In this document: in pieces, positions 9,404 through 17,753 of the stretch | How positions within the stretch are numbered: position 1 is the stretch's first letter | How the letters are laid out: each line of letters starts with the position of its first letter | NCBI GenBank assembly: GCA_964510585.1 | Contig: CAZECW010000058.1 | Span: 1 to 32,000 of the forward strand | DNA from: an uncultured archaeon | GTDB taxonomy: Archaea > Asgardarchaeota > Jordiarchaeia > Jordiarchaeales > Jordiarchaeaceae | Length of the DNA stretch: 32,000 nucleotides | Reading direction: 5' to 3' | Translations under genes and position numbers: made by a program | Notes under the pieces: generated by a model | Told to the model about the DNA's origin: nothing | Seen by the model: the letters and a program-made list of their open reading frames with translations, nothing else | Databases searched by the model: none

Positions 9404-9610
9404 CAATTTCACACCCCCAAAAAAAAGAGGAAACCTCTCATGAATGTTTTAGAAGTTTAACCTCCTAATAAAACTTTCAAAAAAAGCCAAGAAATAAATA
9501 AAAATTTAAAGGGGACAATCTTTGGCGAGTTTTTCGAACAAAAAATATTTATTCCTCCACTTATTCGGGAACATGAAAACCCAAATAGTTTTAAAATGGG
9601 AGATGAATAG

Positions 9611-10375
9611 TTGACGCAACCAAAAATAATTGCAGTATCAGGAAAGGGTGGAGTGGGCAAGACAAGTTTTATCGCTCTTGCCCTAAAAGCTCTGCTAAAC
9701 TCTAATCATAAAGGGATACTCGTAATAGATGGCGACGCTGACTCCAACATACCAGAAGTTTTAGGGGTAAATGTCAAAAAAACTGTGGGAACAATTGTGA
9801 ATGATTTTAAAAGAAATATGGGCGGATTACCTCCTGGGGTTGATAAGAAGGACTACTTGGAATCCCTGATCTTTAGCATCTTGCAGGAGAGAGAAGATTT
9901 TGACCTATTAGTTATGGGTGCAACTGAAAGGGAGGGCTGCTACTGCAGCGTAAACAATCTTCTAACAAAAATAATGGATACCTTAACAAAAAATTATAAA
10001 TATACTCTACTAGACTTGCCTGCTGGCCTTGAACACGTGAGTAGAAGAACCAGTAAAAACATAAACTACATGTTCCTAATTACAGACACTTCAAAAATGG
10101 GGTTGCAGACCGCAGCCCGAATTAGAGACCTAGCAAAGAGCCTCAAATCCAACTTCGAGCACATATACCTGGTCGGAAACAAGGTGACACCAGACATAGA
10201 ACCTTTAGTAAAAGAACAAGCACAAAAGTACAATCTAGAATACGTTGGAAGCATCCCACCAGACGAAGAATTAGCACAATACAATCTGGAGGGAAAACCG
10301 CTACTCCTACTCCCAGAAACCAACCCAGCATACCAGACTGTGTCAAAAATTATAAAGTCCAAAATAACAGAGTAA
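9611..10375 (+). CDS. cooC: CO dehydrogenase/ACS nickel-insertion ATPase (CooC/AcsF family)
   Basis: Deviant Walker A GKGGVGKT, DGDADSN, Ni-binding GCYC, DLPAGLEH.SRR. Confidence 0.93.
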   Translation: MTQPKIIAVSGKGGVGKTSFIALALKALLNSNHKGILVIDGDADSNIPEVLGVNVKKTVGTIVNDFKRNMGGLPPGVDKKDYLESLIFSILQEREDFDLLVMGATEREGCYCSVNNLLTKIMDTLTKNYKYTLLDLPAGLEHVSRRTSKNINYMFLITDTSKMGLQTAARIRDLAKSLKSNFEHIYLVGNKVTPDIEPLVKEQAQKYNLEYVGSIPPDEELAQYNLEGKPLLLLPETNPAYQTVSKIIKSKITE

Positions 10376-10493
10376 ACCAGAAATAGCAAAATCTTGACTT
10401 ATCTTATGAACATTAAACTAGTAAAGAAGAACGTTATTGGCTCATTGTTGTTTAATTATGTGTTTTTGGTCGGATTAACAGTTTTTATTGGGC

Positions 10494-10895
10494 CTATTGG
10501 TTTGTGATGTTTAATCTGTAGGTGGGGGGAAGGATAAGTTTGAGTTCTTTGTGGTTTTCTCTATTGGCGATTTGCTGAAGATGTTCAAGGATTTTCTGAG
10601 CTCTTCGGGCACCATCAATAATGCCCACCATACGGACACCCAAGTCTATGCAGTGCTCAAAAAGCATTGTTACCTCACCTAAATCGTCCCTTAGACATAT
10701 CACAAGAAAGGTGTCAGAGTATTTCGGTTTGCCCTCTGGATCTATGACCTTAATTTCTCGTCTCACAATTTCTCCGTCTCTGGCTAGATGTTGAAGAAAA
10801 ATGGGTCTCAAAATAACTTTTCCTGTTTGTCGCCGTGTATCTTTAAATACAAGGCTTTCTGTTTGTGGTTGAATCCGAACTTGCCAGTTACCCAC
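10494..10895 (-). CDS. Hypothetical protein, paralog of 9017-9403
   Basis: GTG start with GAGGT SD; same motif pattern as 9017-9403. Confidence 0.8.
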   Translation of the reverse strand: MGNWQVRIQPQTESLVFKDTRRQTGKVILRPIFLQHLARDGEIVRREIKVIDPEGKPKYSDTFLVICLRDDLGEVTMLFEHCIDLGVRMVGIIDGARRAQKILEHLQQIANRENHKELKLILPPTYRLNITNQ

Positions 10896-10957
10896 CTTAT
10901 TGACCTCGAAACATTTTTCTCTAATTAATTTTAATGGGAATTTTGCTTATAACCTTT

Positions 10958-10986
10958 TTTATTATGTAGCATAATTACATAATAAA
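10958..10986. promoter_or_regulatory. Candidate operator: 11-bp perfect inverted repeat with 7-nt spacer
   Basis: TTTATTATGTA-GCATAAT-TACATAATAAA in the divergent intergenic region. Confidence 0.4.
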
Positions 10987-11104
10987 CCGGCATAATTTGA
11001 AGTTATTGGTACGAAAGGAATTTATAGAATATATAAAAATTTAGAAAGCATATAGCTACATTTATATTTTAAAAATATAAGTGTGGACGGGTAATTTTTA
11101 TCCA

Positions 11105-11557
11105 ATGACGGACTTCGTAATTAAAAGGGCTGAAACCAAAGATATAGAAGTTCTGAACGAAATAGAGAGGGAATGCTTCGCAGAACAAGCCTTCCCAAAA
11201 AGCTTCCTAAAATACCTTATCCTCTACCCCCACTCCATTTTCCTTAAGGCCATAATAGATGGGAAAATTGTGGGATTCATAGCCGGCATTTTGCAAGCCT
11301 CACACAGAGTGGGTAGAATTTACACTCTCGACATCAAGCCGGAATTTAGAAGAAGGAGTATCGCCTCAAAACTACTGCAAACTTTGGAAAGTGAATTCAA
11401 AAACAGAGGTATGGCCTCCTCTGTCCTTGAAGTAGAGGTAACCAACACAGCAGCTATAGGGCTATACCAAAAATTTGGATACCGCCCCGTGAGGGTGCTG
11501 AAAAATTACTATGGAAAAAATCGCAACGGCTTACAAATGGTGAAAAACTTGGTCTAA
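11105..11557 (+). CDS. RimI/Ard1-like GNAT N-acetyltransferase
   Basis: IYTLDIKPEFRRRSIAS acetyl-CoA motif A, LEVEVTNTAAIGLYQKFGY and NYY motifs; ATG 11105 preferred over GTG 11081. Confidence 0.88.
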   Translation: MTDFVIKRAETKDIEVLNEIERECFAEQAFPKSFLKYLILYPHSIFLKAIIDGKIVGFIAGILQASHRVGRIYTLDIKPEFRRRSIASKLLQTLESEFKNRGMASSVLEVEVTNTAAIGLYQKFGYRPVRVLKNYYGKNRNGLQMVKNLV

Positions 11558-11666
11558 CTCATCCGAAAAATATTATACTAGGATAGTGAACCTACTCCTC
11601 AGGTTACCAAAACTGTTTAATAAGGAATGGATTTGAGTTTCAAATTTTAAAAGAGGTGTATCAAAA

Positions 11667-12140
11667 GTGGTTTATGAGGAGAAGCTTATTCAAAAAGTAC
11701 TAGTGGCAATCGACGGTTCCATATACAGTGACAAAGTGGCAAGATACGGAGAGGAAATAGCAAAACACCACAATGCGGAAATCACACTAATACACGTAGT
11801 TGAGCCGCCAAAAATCATACTGCCCATGAGCGGAATGGAAACCACCCTACCCATGGCCGAAATAGAACTCACAGAAAAGTTAGCCACAGAAATGGAGAAA
11901 AAAGCCAAAAAGCTACTCAACCAATACAAAAAAGAAATGGAAAACAAAGGTATTAACGCTAAAATATTGATAGAAAGAGGAAACGTTTCCGAAACAATAT
12001 TGACAATCGCCGAAGAAGAAAGTTATGACTTAATCATAGTAGGTTGCCGAGGACTGGGAAACATTAAGCGTTTCATACTCGGAAGCGTCTCGGACAAAAT
12101 AAGCAAACATGCAAACTGCTCAGTATTAATAGTACGCTAG
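11667..12140 (+). CDS. Universal stress protein (UspA family)
   Basis: KVLVAIDGS, LIHVV, DLIIVGCRGLG...LGSVS...CSVLIVR; GAGGTG SD. Confidence 0.93.
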   Translation: MVYEEKLIQKVLVAIDGSIYSDKVARYGEEIAKHHNAEITLIHVVEPPKIILPMSGMETTLPMAEIELTEKLATEMEKKAKKLLNQYKKEMENKGINAKILIERGNVSETILTIAEEESYDLIIVGCRGLGNIKRFILGSVSDKISKHANCSVLIVR

Positions 12141-12632
12141 AACAGCACCGTCTAAAGTTCAAATCTACACCCCCTTAACAAAAAACACAATACGTACATA
12201 ATCAACGTGACAAAAGAACGTTACAAATACCGTGAATATTCCATAATTTTTAGCACAGATCCCTTTAAGGAGTATTATTTTATTTTGATGATGAATGTTT
12301 TCACCCGGAGCTGAAGCTAGCAGCCCCACTCCTGTGTACATGAATGTTAACAGGGTGACAGACCACTAACCCTTTACTACAAAGGTTTACCAAAACTAAG
12401 TGTTATTTAAAAGTAGGGATGGATTTACTTTTGCCACTATTAAGATATAGATAGCAGGCATTTTTGGTGGAAGAAAAATTTTGCAGTTTACCAGCTTTAC
12501 CAGTGTAACCAAAAGGGTAAGAAAAGTGCTATAAGTAGCCGCTTTGTTGGGTAAAAGAGGTAGTAGAATCTGGCACCATTTTATGATGCTAGAAATGGAT
12601 TGTAAAAAGTAGGAAAATAAAAAAGACGGGAA

Positions 12633-14402
12633 TTATTTCTTTACGACGTCCGGAATCTTTTCTGGAGGTAAGACTTTAACCTTCCATTTAGTGGCGCTCT
12701 CAATGCTAGTCTTCAGAGACTCAGCAGCCGGCGGAATGATGAGTTCCTTCTTAGTTATTTGCTCGTCAGCGCCGCCCTCTTGCATAACCTTTTTTATAGC
12801 TTCAGCATCAAGCTTCTTCTCTTTGACAGCAGTTTCAAAGTCTAAGCCCTCAGTGTCCACGACAAGTAGCCAAGCTGAAACGTTTGCGTCAAGTAGTGGC
12901 CTCTTGATTTCATAGAATGACTTGATGTTGTTCGTGGCGAGAAACACTGGACTTTCCTTACCGGGGTCGCCTACATATTTAAGACCCGTAGGCGCTCTAT
13001 ACTTGTCCCTCAGGAAGTCGGCAATGGCACCAGAGTCTTTGGGACCAACATACACGTCCCAACCGCTTAAATCTTCAATTTCGCCTTTGAATCTTGCAGC
13101 CATCCCGGGTATAATTAAAGCCCTGTGATTAACCTTTTCGGCGACCTTGAACTCAGTTAGAGCATCAGAAATACTGTTGGCATTAAGCTGACCACCGGCA
13201 GCGGAAGACTCAACGCCTATTCCGCCCGTATCCATAATTATTAGCCAGGCATTTATTTTAGCTTGTTCTAAGTCGGATTTTACAGTGTATGCTGTTAGGG
13301 CAAAGTTTGTAGTTATCATCACTGGACTGTTTCGGTCCGGTGCACCTATGGGCATTAGCTCCGGTGTTACCGCAGGGTGTACCCTGGGATCTTCGTAAAG
13401 GTTACTCACTAATACCACTAGTGGTAAGAATGTCCAGAGTTCTGATGAGTGTATGATGAGTAGGTCGGCATATCTGGCGACTAGTATTGCGGATAGGACT
13501 GTTTCTTTGAAGGCGGTTTCTAGTCTTTCTCCCTCGGAAACTCCTTCTTTGCCTATCCAGATTGTGGCGGGGACTCCTATGAGTGGCCAGCCCACATCTT
13601 TATCGTCCATCTCTATTGCAGCCCTTCGGAGCATAGTGAAGTTGTTTATGGTATCTGAGAGTAGTCCTTCTCCCCAGAAAGTTCCGGGGTCTAGAGCCAG
13701 TTCTTGAACTCCTGCTTGGTAGAGTGATTTTGCCAAGCTTTTTAGGAGGTCTAGGTCTCCGGGTGCAGCTACCACTAATGGTAGTTTTTCGCTTCTCGCG
13801 ATTTCTCCCACTTCTTTCCAGTTGTCCTTGGTGGCTGCGTAAAGTAACGGCTTCTTCCCCGCCGCGGCTTTTATTCCAGCCTTTAAGCATTCGGGTTTTA
13901 GTGAGCATAATATTATGGGCCAGTCTGTATTTTTCACGACTGTGGATACGGCTTTAGCGAATTTGTTGGGATCGCCGGACACACATTTTATAGCTATAGC
14001 GTCCAGCATGAGTGTTTTTCCAATGTAGAAGGTTCCCCAGTGTGTTATGAGGTCTACCCTTTTTACTAGTTCACTTTCGTCCATCTCGTCGTGGACATCT
14101 ATGGCTAATACTGTGGGGTTGTACCAAGTGAGCTCGTGGCGACGCATAACTTCTTTTCCGCCAATGGTTTTGACGTGTTCACCTTCACCGAATTTTATAG
14201 CTCTTACTGGTGGTGTTAATATTTCTTTGAGTTTATCGTAGTTTTTCTTGTTTTTAGGGTCTAGTATTGGTTTGCAGACTTCTAATTCTACTTCATGGTT
14301 GATGAGCTTGTAGGCGAATGCCATACACGTGTCGTCACCGCACTCCTTGCAGTTGGTTTTGGGTAGTAGATTATATATGTCTAAAGGTTTCAGCCTTGAC
14401 AT
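12633..14402 (-). CDS. cdhE: ACDS complex gamma subunit (corrinoid Fe-S protein large subunit) with an extra C-terminal domain copy
   Basis: LPKTNCKECG..TCMAFA Fe-S motif, TIM-barrel region, SPVMITTNFALT, LIIPG, VYVGP; followed by a ~120-aa repeat of the last domain. Confidence 0.95.
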   Translation of the reverse strand: MSRLKPLDIYNLLPKTNCKECGDDTCMAFAYKLINHEVELEVCKPILDPKNKKNYDKLKEILTPPVRAIKFGEGEHVKTIGGKEVMRRHELTWYNPTVLAIDVHDEMDESELVKRVDLITHWGTFYIGKTLMLDAIAIKCVSGDPNKFAKAVSTVVKNTDWPIILCSLKPECLKAGIKAAAGKKPLLYAATKDNWKEVGEIARSEKLPLVVAAPGDLDLLKSLAKSLYQAGVQELALDPGTFWGEGLLSDTINNFTMLRRAAIEMDDKDVGWPLIGVPATIWIGKEGVSEGERLETAFKETVLSAILVARYADLLIIHSSELWTFLPLVVLVSNLYEDPRVHPAVTPELMPIGAPDRNSPVMITTNFALTAYTVKSDLEQAKINAWLIIMDTGGIGVESSAAGGQLNANSISDALTEFKVAEKVNHRALIIPGMAARFKGEIEDLSGWDVYVGPKDSGAIADFLRDKYRAPTGLKYVGDPGKESPVFLATNNIKSFYEIKRPLLDANVSAWLLVVDTEGLDFETAVKEKKLDAEAIKKVMQEGGADEQITKKELIIPPAAESLKTSIESATKWKVKVLPPEKIPDVVKK

Positions 14403-14421
14403 TCTTTTTCACTCCCTTTTT

Positions 14422-15657
14422 TTAGACCTTTGTGGTTACCCAGTTTAGTAGTGGGCTGGGTTTGTCTTTCTTTTTGGATGTGAGGTATTCAACTACGGTT
14501 TTGAAGATTTGTACACTGGCGGGGTGGAGCATCATGAAGATGTCGCAACCATTCAGTGCTAGTGATAGTCCAGTGATGGCTTCCCATAGTGGTCCTCGAA
14601 AGTTTATGGTTCCCCATTCTGCTCCTTTCTTTTTGTCGCTCATGTAGGCTTCTCGGGCTCCCCACGCATTGGTGGTTCCTGAGGAGAGAGGCATTTGTAG
14701 GTCTTTTTCGCCTTTTAGGGCAGCCATTCTGATCCTTTCATAGACACTAAAGGAGTATTGTAGTCCGTATCCTAGCGCCGCAGTGGTGGCATCTTGTACT
14801 ATGTGGTCTTTGGGCAGTCCCGCGTCTAGTAATAGTTGGTTCATTTTCTTTTGGTTGTTGACATCTAGTTGGGTCCATGAAAGTACGTTGTGGTTGTATT
14901 TTTTGGCGGCTTCCACTATCCGTTTCCAGTCGAGGTTTTCTGATGCCGAGTTTAACATGAGGCGTTCATTTTGGGCTGCGGCGGCTGCGGCCTCGAGGAC
15001 TTCTGGGTCTTTGTCCGGGTTTCCGGAGCCTCCTATGAGGAGGGGGGTGTCTATGGCTTGCAGTACGTCTTCAATGGTTTTTGCAGCTTGTTTGGCAGGT
15101 GTATCTTTGATGTAGGGGTCGGTGCTGATAAGGTGTACGGTAACAAGGTCAGCGCCATATTCTTTAATGGCTTTTTTAGCCCACTCTGCAGGGTCATCCA
15201 TCACCTCATCGAAGTGGTCTTTGATGGGTTTAGGTAGGTTCATTCTCATGTCGAATACATCAAAAGTGACTAGGGGTCTGTTGGGGTTATCATATTCGAA
15301 GCGGTAGAATGGCGGAACTCTTTCTCCGCCTATTTTTCGGATTTCTTTTCGGGTGCCACCTTCCTTTCTGGTTTGACCGAATTGTACCTCCACTATCTGG
15401 CCAGGATATTCCTGTATTGGTGGTTTGAATTTTTCTTCTATGAACTGGAAGGGTTTTACTGCAGGTACTGCTGTAGGCATAACACCTGGGGCTAGGGCTC
15501 TCGCTGCTGGGGGAGGAGCTAGGGCGGCTACTCCCGCCGCCATTTTCAACACTAGCTCGTCAGCCTCTATAGTAACGTCTACCAGTTCTAGTTCGCCGAA
15601 CTCCTCCAGAATTTTTAATATGTCTTTGCCAAGCTTTGTAATATCATCTGTCGGCAT
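14422..15657 (-). CDS. cdhD: ACDS complex delta subunit (corrinoid Fe-S protein small subunit)
   Basis: HLISTDP, GGSGNPDKD, LGYGL.YS...ERIR.AAL, NAWGAREA. Confidence 0.95.
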   Translation of the reverse strand: MPTDDITKLGKDILKILEEFGELELVDVTIEADELVLKMAAGVAALAPPPAARALAPGVMPTAVPAVKPFQFIEEKFKPPIQEYPGQIVEVQFGQTRKEGGTRKEIRKIGGERVPPFYRFEYDNPNRPLVTFDVFDMRMNLPKPIKDHFDEVMDDPAEWAKKAIKEYGADLVTVHLISTDPYIKDTPAKQAAKTIEDVLQAIDTPLLIGGSGNPDKDPEVLEAAAAAAQNERLMLNSASENLDWKRIVEAAKKYNHNVLSWTQLDVNNQKKMNQLLLDAGLPKDHIVQDATTAALGYGLQYSFSVYERIRMAALKGEKDLQMPLSSGTTNAWGAREAYMSDKKKGAEWGTINFRGPLWEAITGLSLALNGCDIFMMLHPASVQIFKTVVEYLTSKKKDKPSPLLNWVTTKV

Positions 15658-15668
15658 TATTTATTCCT

Positions 15669-17156
15669 TCATTTTTTGCCTTTTTCTTCTCTCTTGATTA
15701 TCAATTTGTCAACTTTTATCTTCACGTTTTTGAAAATTAGTTGGAAGCCTTCTCCTGGGGCTGCTCCAGGGATTCCGCCGGGTAGTTGCAGGACTCCTTG
15801 TAGTAATGCTACGGGGACTCCTCCGGGCACCGCTGCCATTGTTGCGGGCATTGTTACTTGTGGAAGCGTGTATTCTGTGGGGGCTGTCGGGTACGCGGCT
15901 TCTGCGGGGGCTTCGGTGACCTCGGCTACTACTTCTTCTTTCCACTGTTTGACTATGGGGTGTCCTTTGTCTTTGAGCCATTGTCTTAGCTCTGTGGTGT
16001 TGGTTACATCTTTTTCGGTGGCGATTTTATCTCTTAGTCCTTCTGGTATGGCGTCTTGAACTCTTTCTTTTACGTTGGAGGGCACCCATACTACTCTGTT
16101 CCATCCTCCGTCGGCTTGCAGGAATCTTGGGCTGCGCATGTATTCTATTGCTATGCCGTTGAATCCTTCAACCTGTTTGCCTCCTCCAGTCTGGTTGGCC
16201 ATTGTGGAGAATGCTAGACCGTTTACTGCGGTGCCTTCGTAGCCTCTGTCTACGATTCCTATTCCATCTACTTCAGGTATGTAGAATGCTATGGCTTCAA
16301 AGCATCCACAGCTGGTGTGGGGGTATCCGAACATGCTGTACATCCATACCCTTTCTACTTCGCCTAGTGATTTCTGCTTTGCTACCTCGTTTACTCCTGA
16401 GTATTCTCCGTGAACCTCGTCAAGTAGTTCGCCTTTCGGAACCATAAAGTTGGGTCCTTTGGGGTCTACACGTGCGGCTGCGCGGGCGTCGAACCAGTTG
16501 ATGGCGCCGCATAGTGAGATTCTGTTTGGGGATATGATGCATACGTGGCTGGGTGCAAAGCTTTGGCATAGGACACAACCATAGAATTCCGTTACATCTT
16601 CGTCTTTCATTCCCCTGGCTCTTGCGTCTCTTGCCTCGTAGATTTGTAGCGCTTTCTTGTACCATTCTGATATCTTTTTGGGGTCTGTTATGAATGTTAC
16701 TTGTATCTTTTCTATGATTGGGAACTCTGATTTGAAGAGTCTGGTGAGAACTTTTCCTAGAAATTGGAATGAGTTGAATCCTTTCTTGTAGGAAGCTTTG
16801 CTTAGTCTCAGCCAAATGTCGTATCGCTGGTTTAGGTGCATGAATCCTTCCACGAAGTTTATGAATTCATGTATTCGTCTCTCAAGCACTGCCTCAAGAT
16901 CTTTTTCGATTTCTTTGCCTGCAACTTCTACCAGTATGCCTAGGGGGTAGGATTTTCCTTCCTCTAGGTCTTTCAAGTCGGGCCCTTGTATGAGGATTTT
17001 CCCGTCTTCGATTTCTTTCATGTCTCGGGCTTGCACTAGTTCGAATTTTTGTTCGACGTTTGGTCCGCCGAACTCGAATTGCATGTCTTTTCCGCGAATT
17101 CGTTCTCCTTCGTAGACTACTCCTACGTCCACAGGAATGTCGTCAAACATGCTCAT
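15669..17156 (-). CDS. cdhC: ACDS complex beta subunit (acetyl-CoA synthase)
   Basis: CQSFAPSHVC, CGAINW and HTSCGCFE A-cluster motifs; Pro/Ala-rich C-terminal extension. Confidence 0.96.
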   Translation of the reverse strand: MSMFDDIPVDVGVVYEGERIRGKDMQFEFGGPNVEQKFELVQARDMKEIEDGKILIQGPDLKDLEEGKSYPLGILVEVAGKEIEKDLEAVLERRIHEFINFVEGFMHLNQRYDIWLRLSKASYKKGFNSFQFLGKVLTRLFKSEFPIIEKIQVTFITDPKKISEWYKKALQIYEARDARARGMKDEDVTEFYGCVLCQSFAPSHVCIISPNRISLCGAINWFDARAAARVDPKGPNFMVPKGELLDEVHGEYSGVNEVAKQKSLGEVERVWMYSMFGYPHTSCGCFEAIAFYIPEVDGIGIVDRGYEGTAVNGLAFSTMANQTGGGKQVEGFNGIAIEYMRSPRFLQADGGWNRVVWVPSNVKERVQDAIPEGLRDKIATEKDVTNTTELRQWLKDKGHPIVKQWKEEVVAEVTEAPAEAAYPTAPTEYTLPQVTMPATMAAVPGGVPVALLQGVLQLPGGIPGAAPGEGFQLIFKNVKIKVDKLIIKREEKGKK

Positions 17157-17200
17157 CTATATATCCTCCTTTTCATTAATCATAATTTTTGATCATCAAA

Positions 17201-17743
17201 TTATGCTTTTAGTTCAGCTACTAAATCATCCAATTCTTTCTTCCATTCGCTCGGCTTTAGGTTATTAAAGCTGAAACTGGCGTTGGGTTGGTATTCTCTG
17301 TCCAGGCTTATGGACAAAATGTCCGGGGCAAAGTGTTTCAGTGTGGAGAGGGATTGGCTTTGGATGTAGTATATTCCTCCTAGGTATATTACACAATCGT
17401 AGTGTCCTTTTCCGTCTAGTCCCTTCCATTTTGGGTCTCTTAGCCTGTTTGTGATGTCCGCTAGCTGCATGTCTACTGCCTTGTCAAACCCCGCTTCCCG
17501 TAGTGCTTTAACCATATTTGCTGTCGCAACCACTGGAATGCCTGCCTTACCGATTTCAACCGCATAGTCCACTAATCTTTTACCGTCCAATTCTCTAATT
17601 GCATTGGCACTGACAATGAGTAGGCATCTCTTCTTCTTTTTTATCATCTTGGCGGCAACTTGTCCACTCATAAGGACGCTGGCGTTTTTTGATCCTCCCC
17701 AATTAGCACTTTGCCAAGGGGTTGGTGCTTTAGCAGCCATCAT
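17201..17743 (-). CDS. cdhB: ACDS complex epsilon subunit
   Basis: Position between cdhA and cdhC; W.GLDGKGHYD...GG.YY..SQ.LS.LKHFAP; start 17743 or 17740. Confidence 0.9.
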   Translation of the reverse strand: MMAAKAPTPWQSANWGGSKNASVLMSGQVAAKMIKKKKRCLLIVSANAIRELDGKRLVDYAVEIGKAGIPVVATANMVKALREAGFDKAVDMQLADITNRLRDPKWKGLDGKGHYDCVIYLGGIYYIQSQSLSTLKHFAPDILSISLDREYQPNASFSFNNLKPSEWKKELDDLVAELKA

Positions 17744-17753
17744 AATTCCTCCA

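Noticed and set aside
11602-12397. GGTT(T)ACCAAAACT motif on both sides of the usp gene
   Set aside because: Only two short imperfect copies, with no element structure or positional logic
15669-15900. Pro/Ala-rich C-terminal tail of CdhC as a novelty
   Set aside because: Low-complexity C-terminal extensions are an established feature of archaeal ACDS beta subunits
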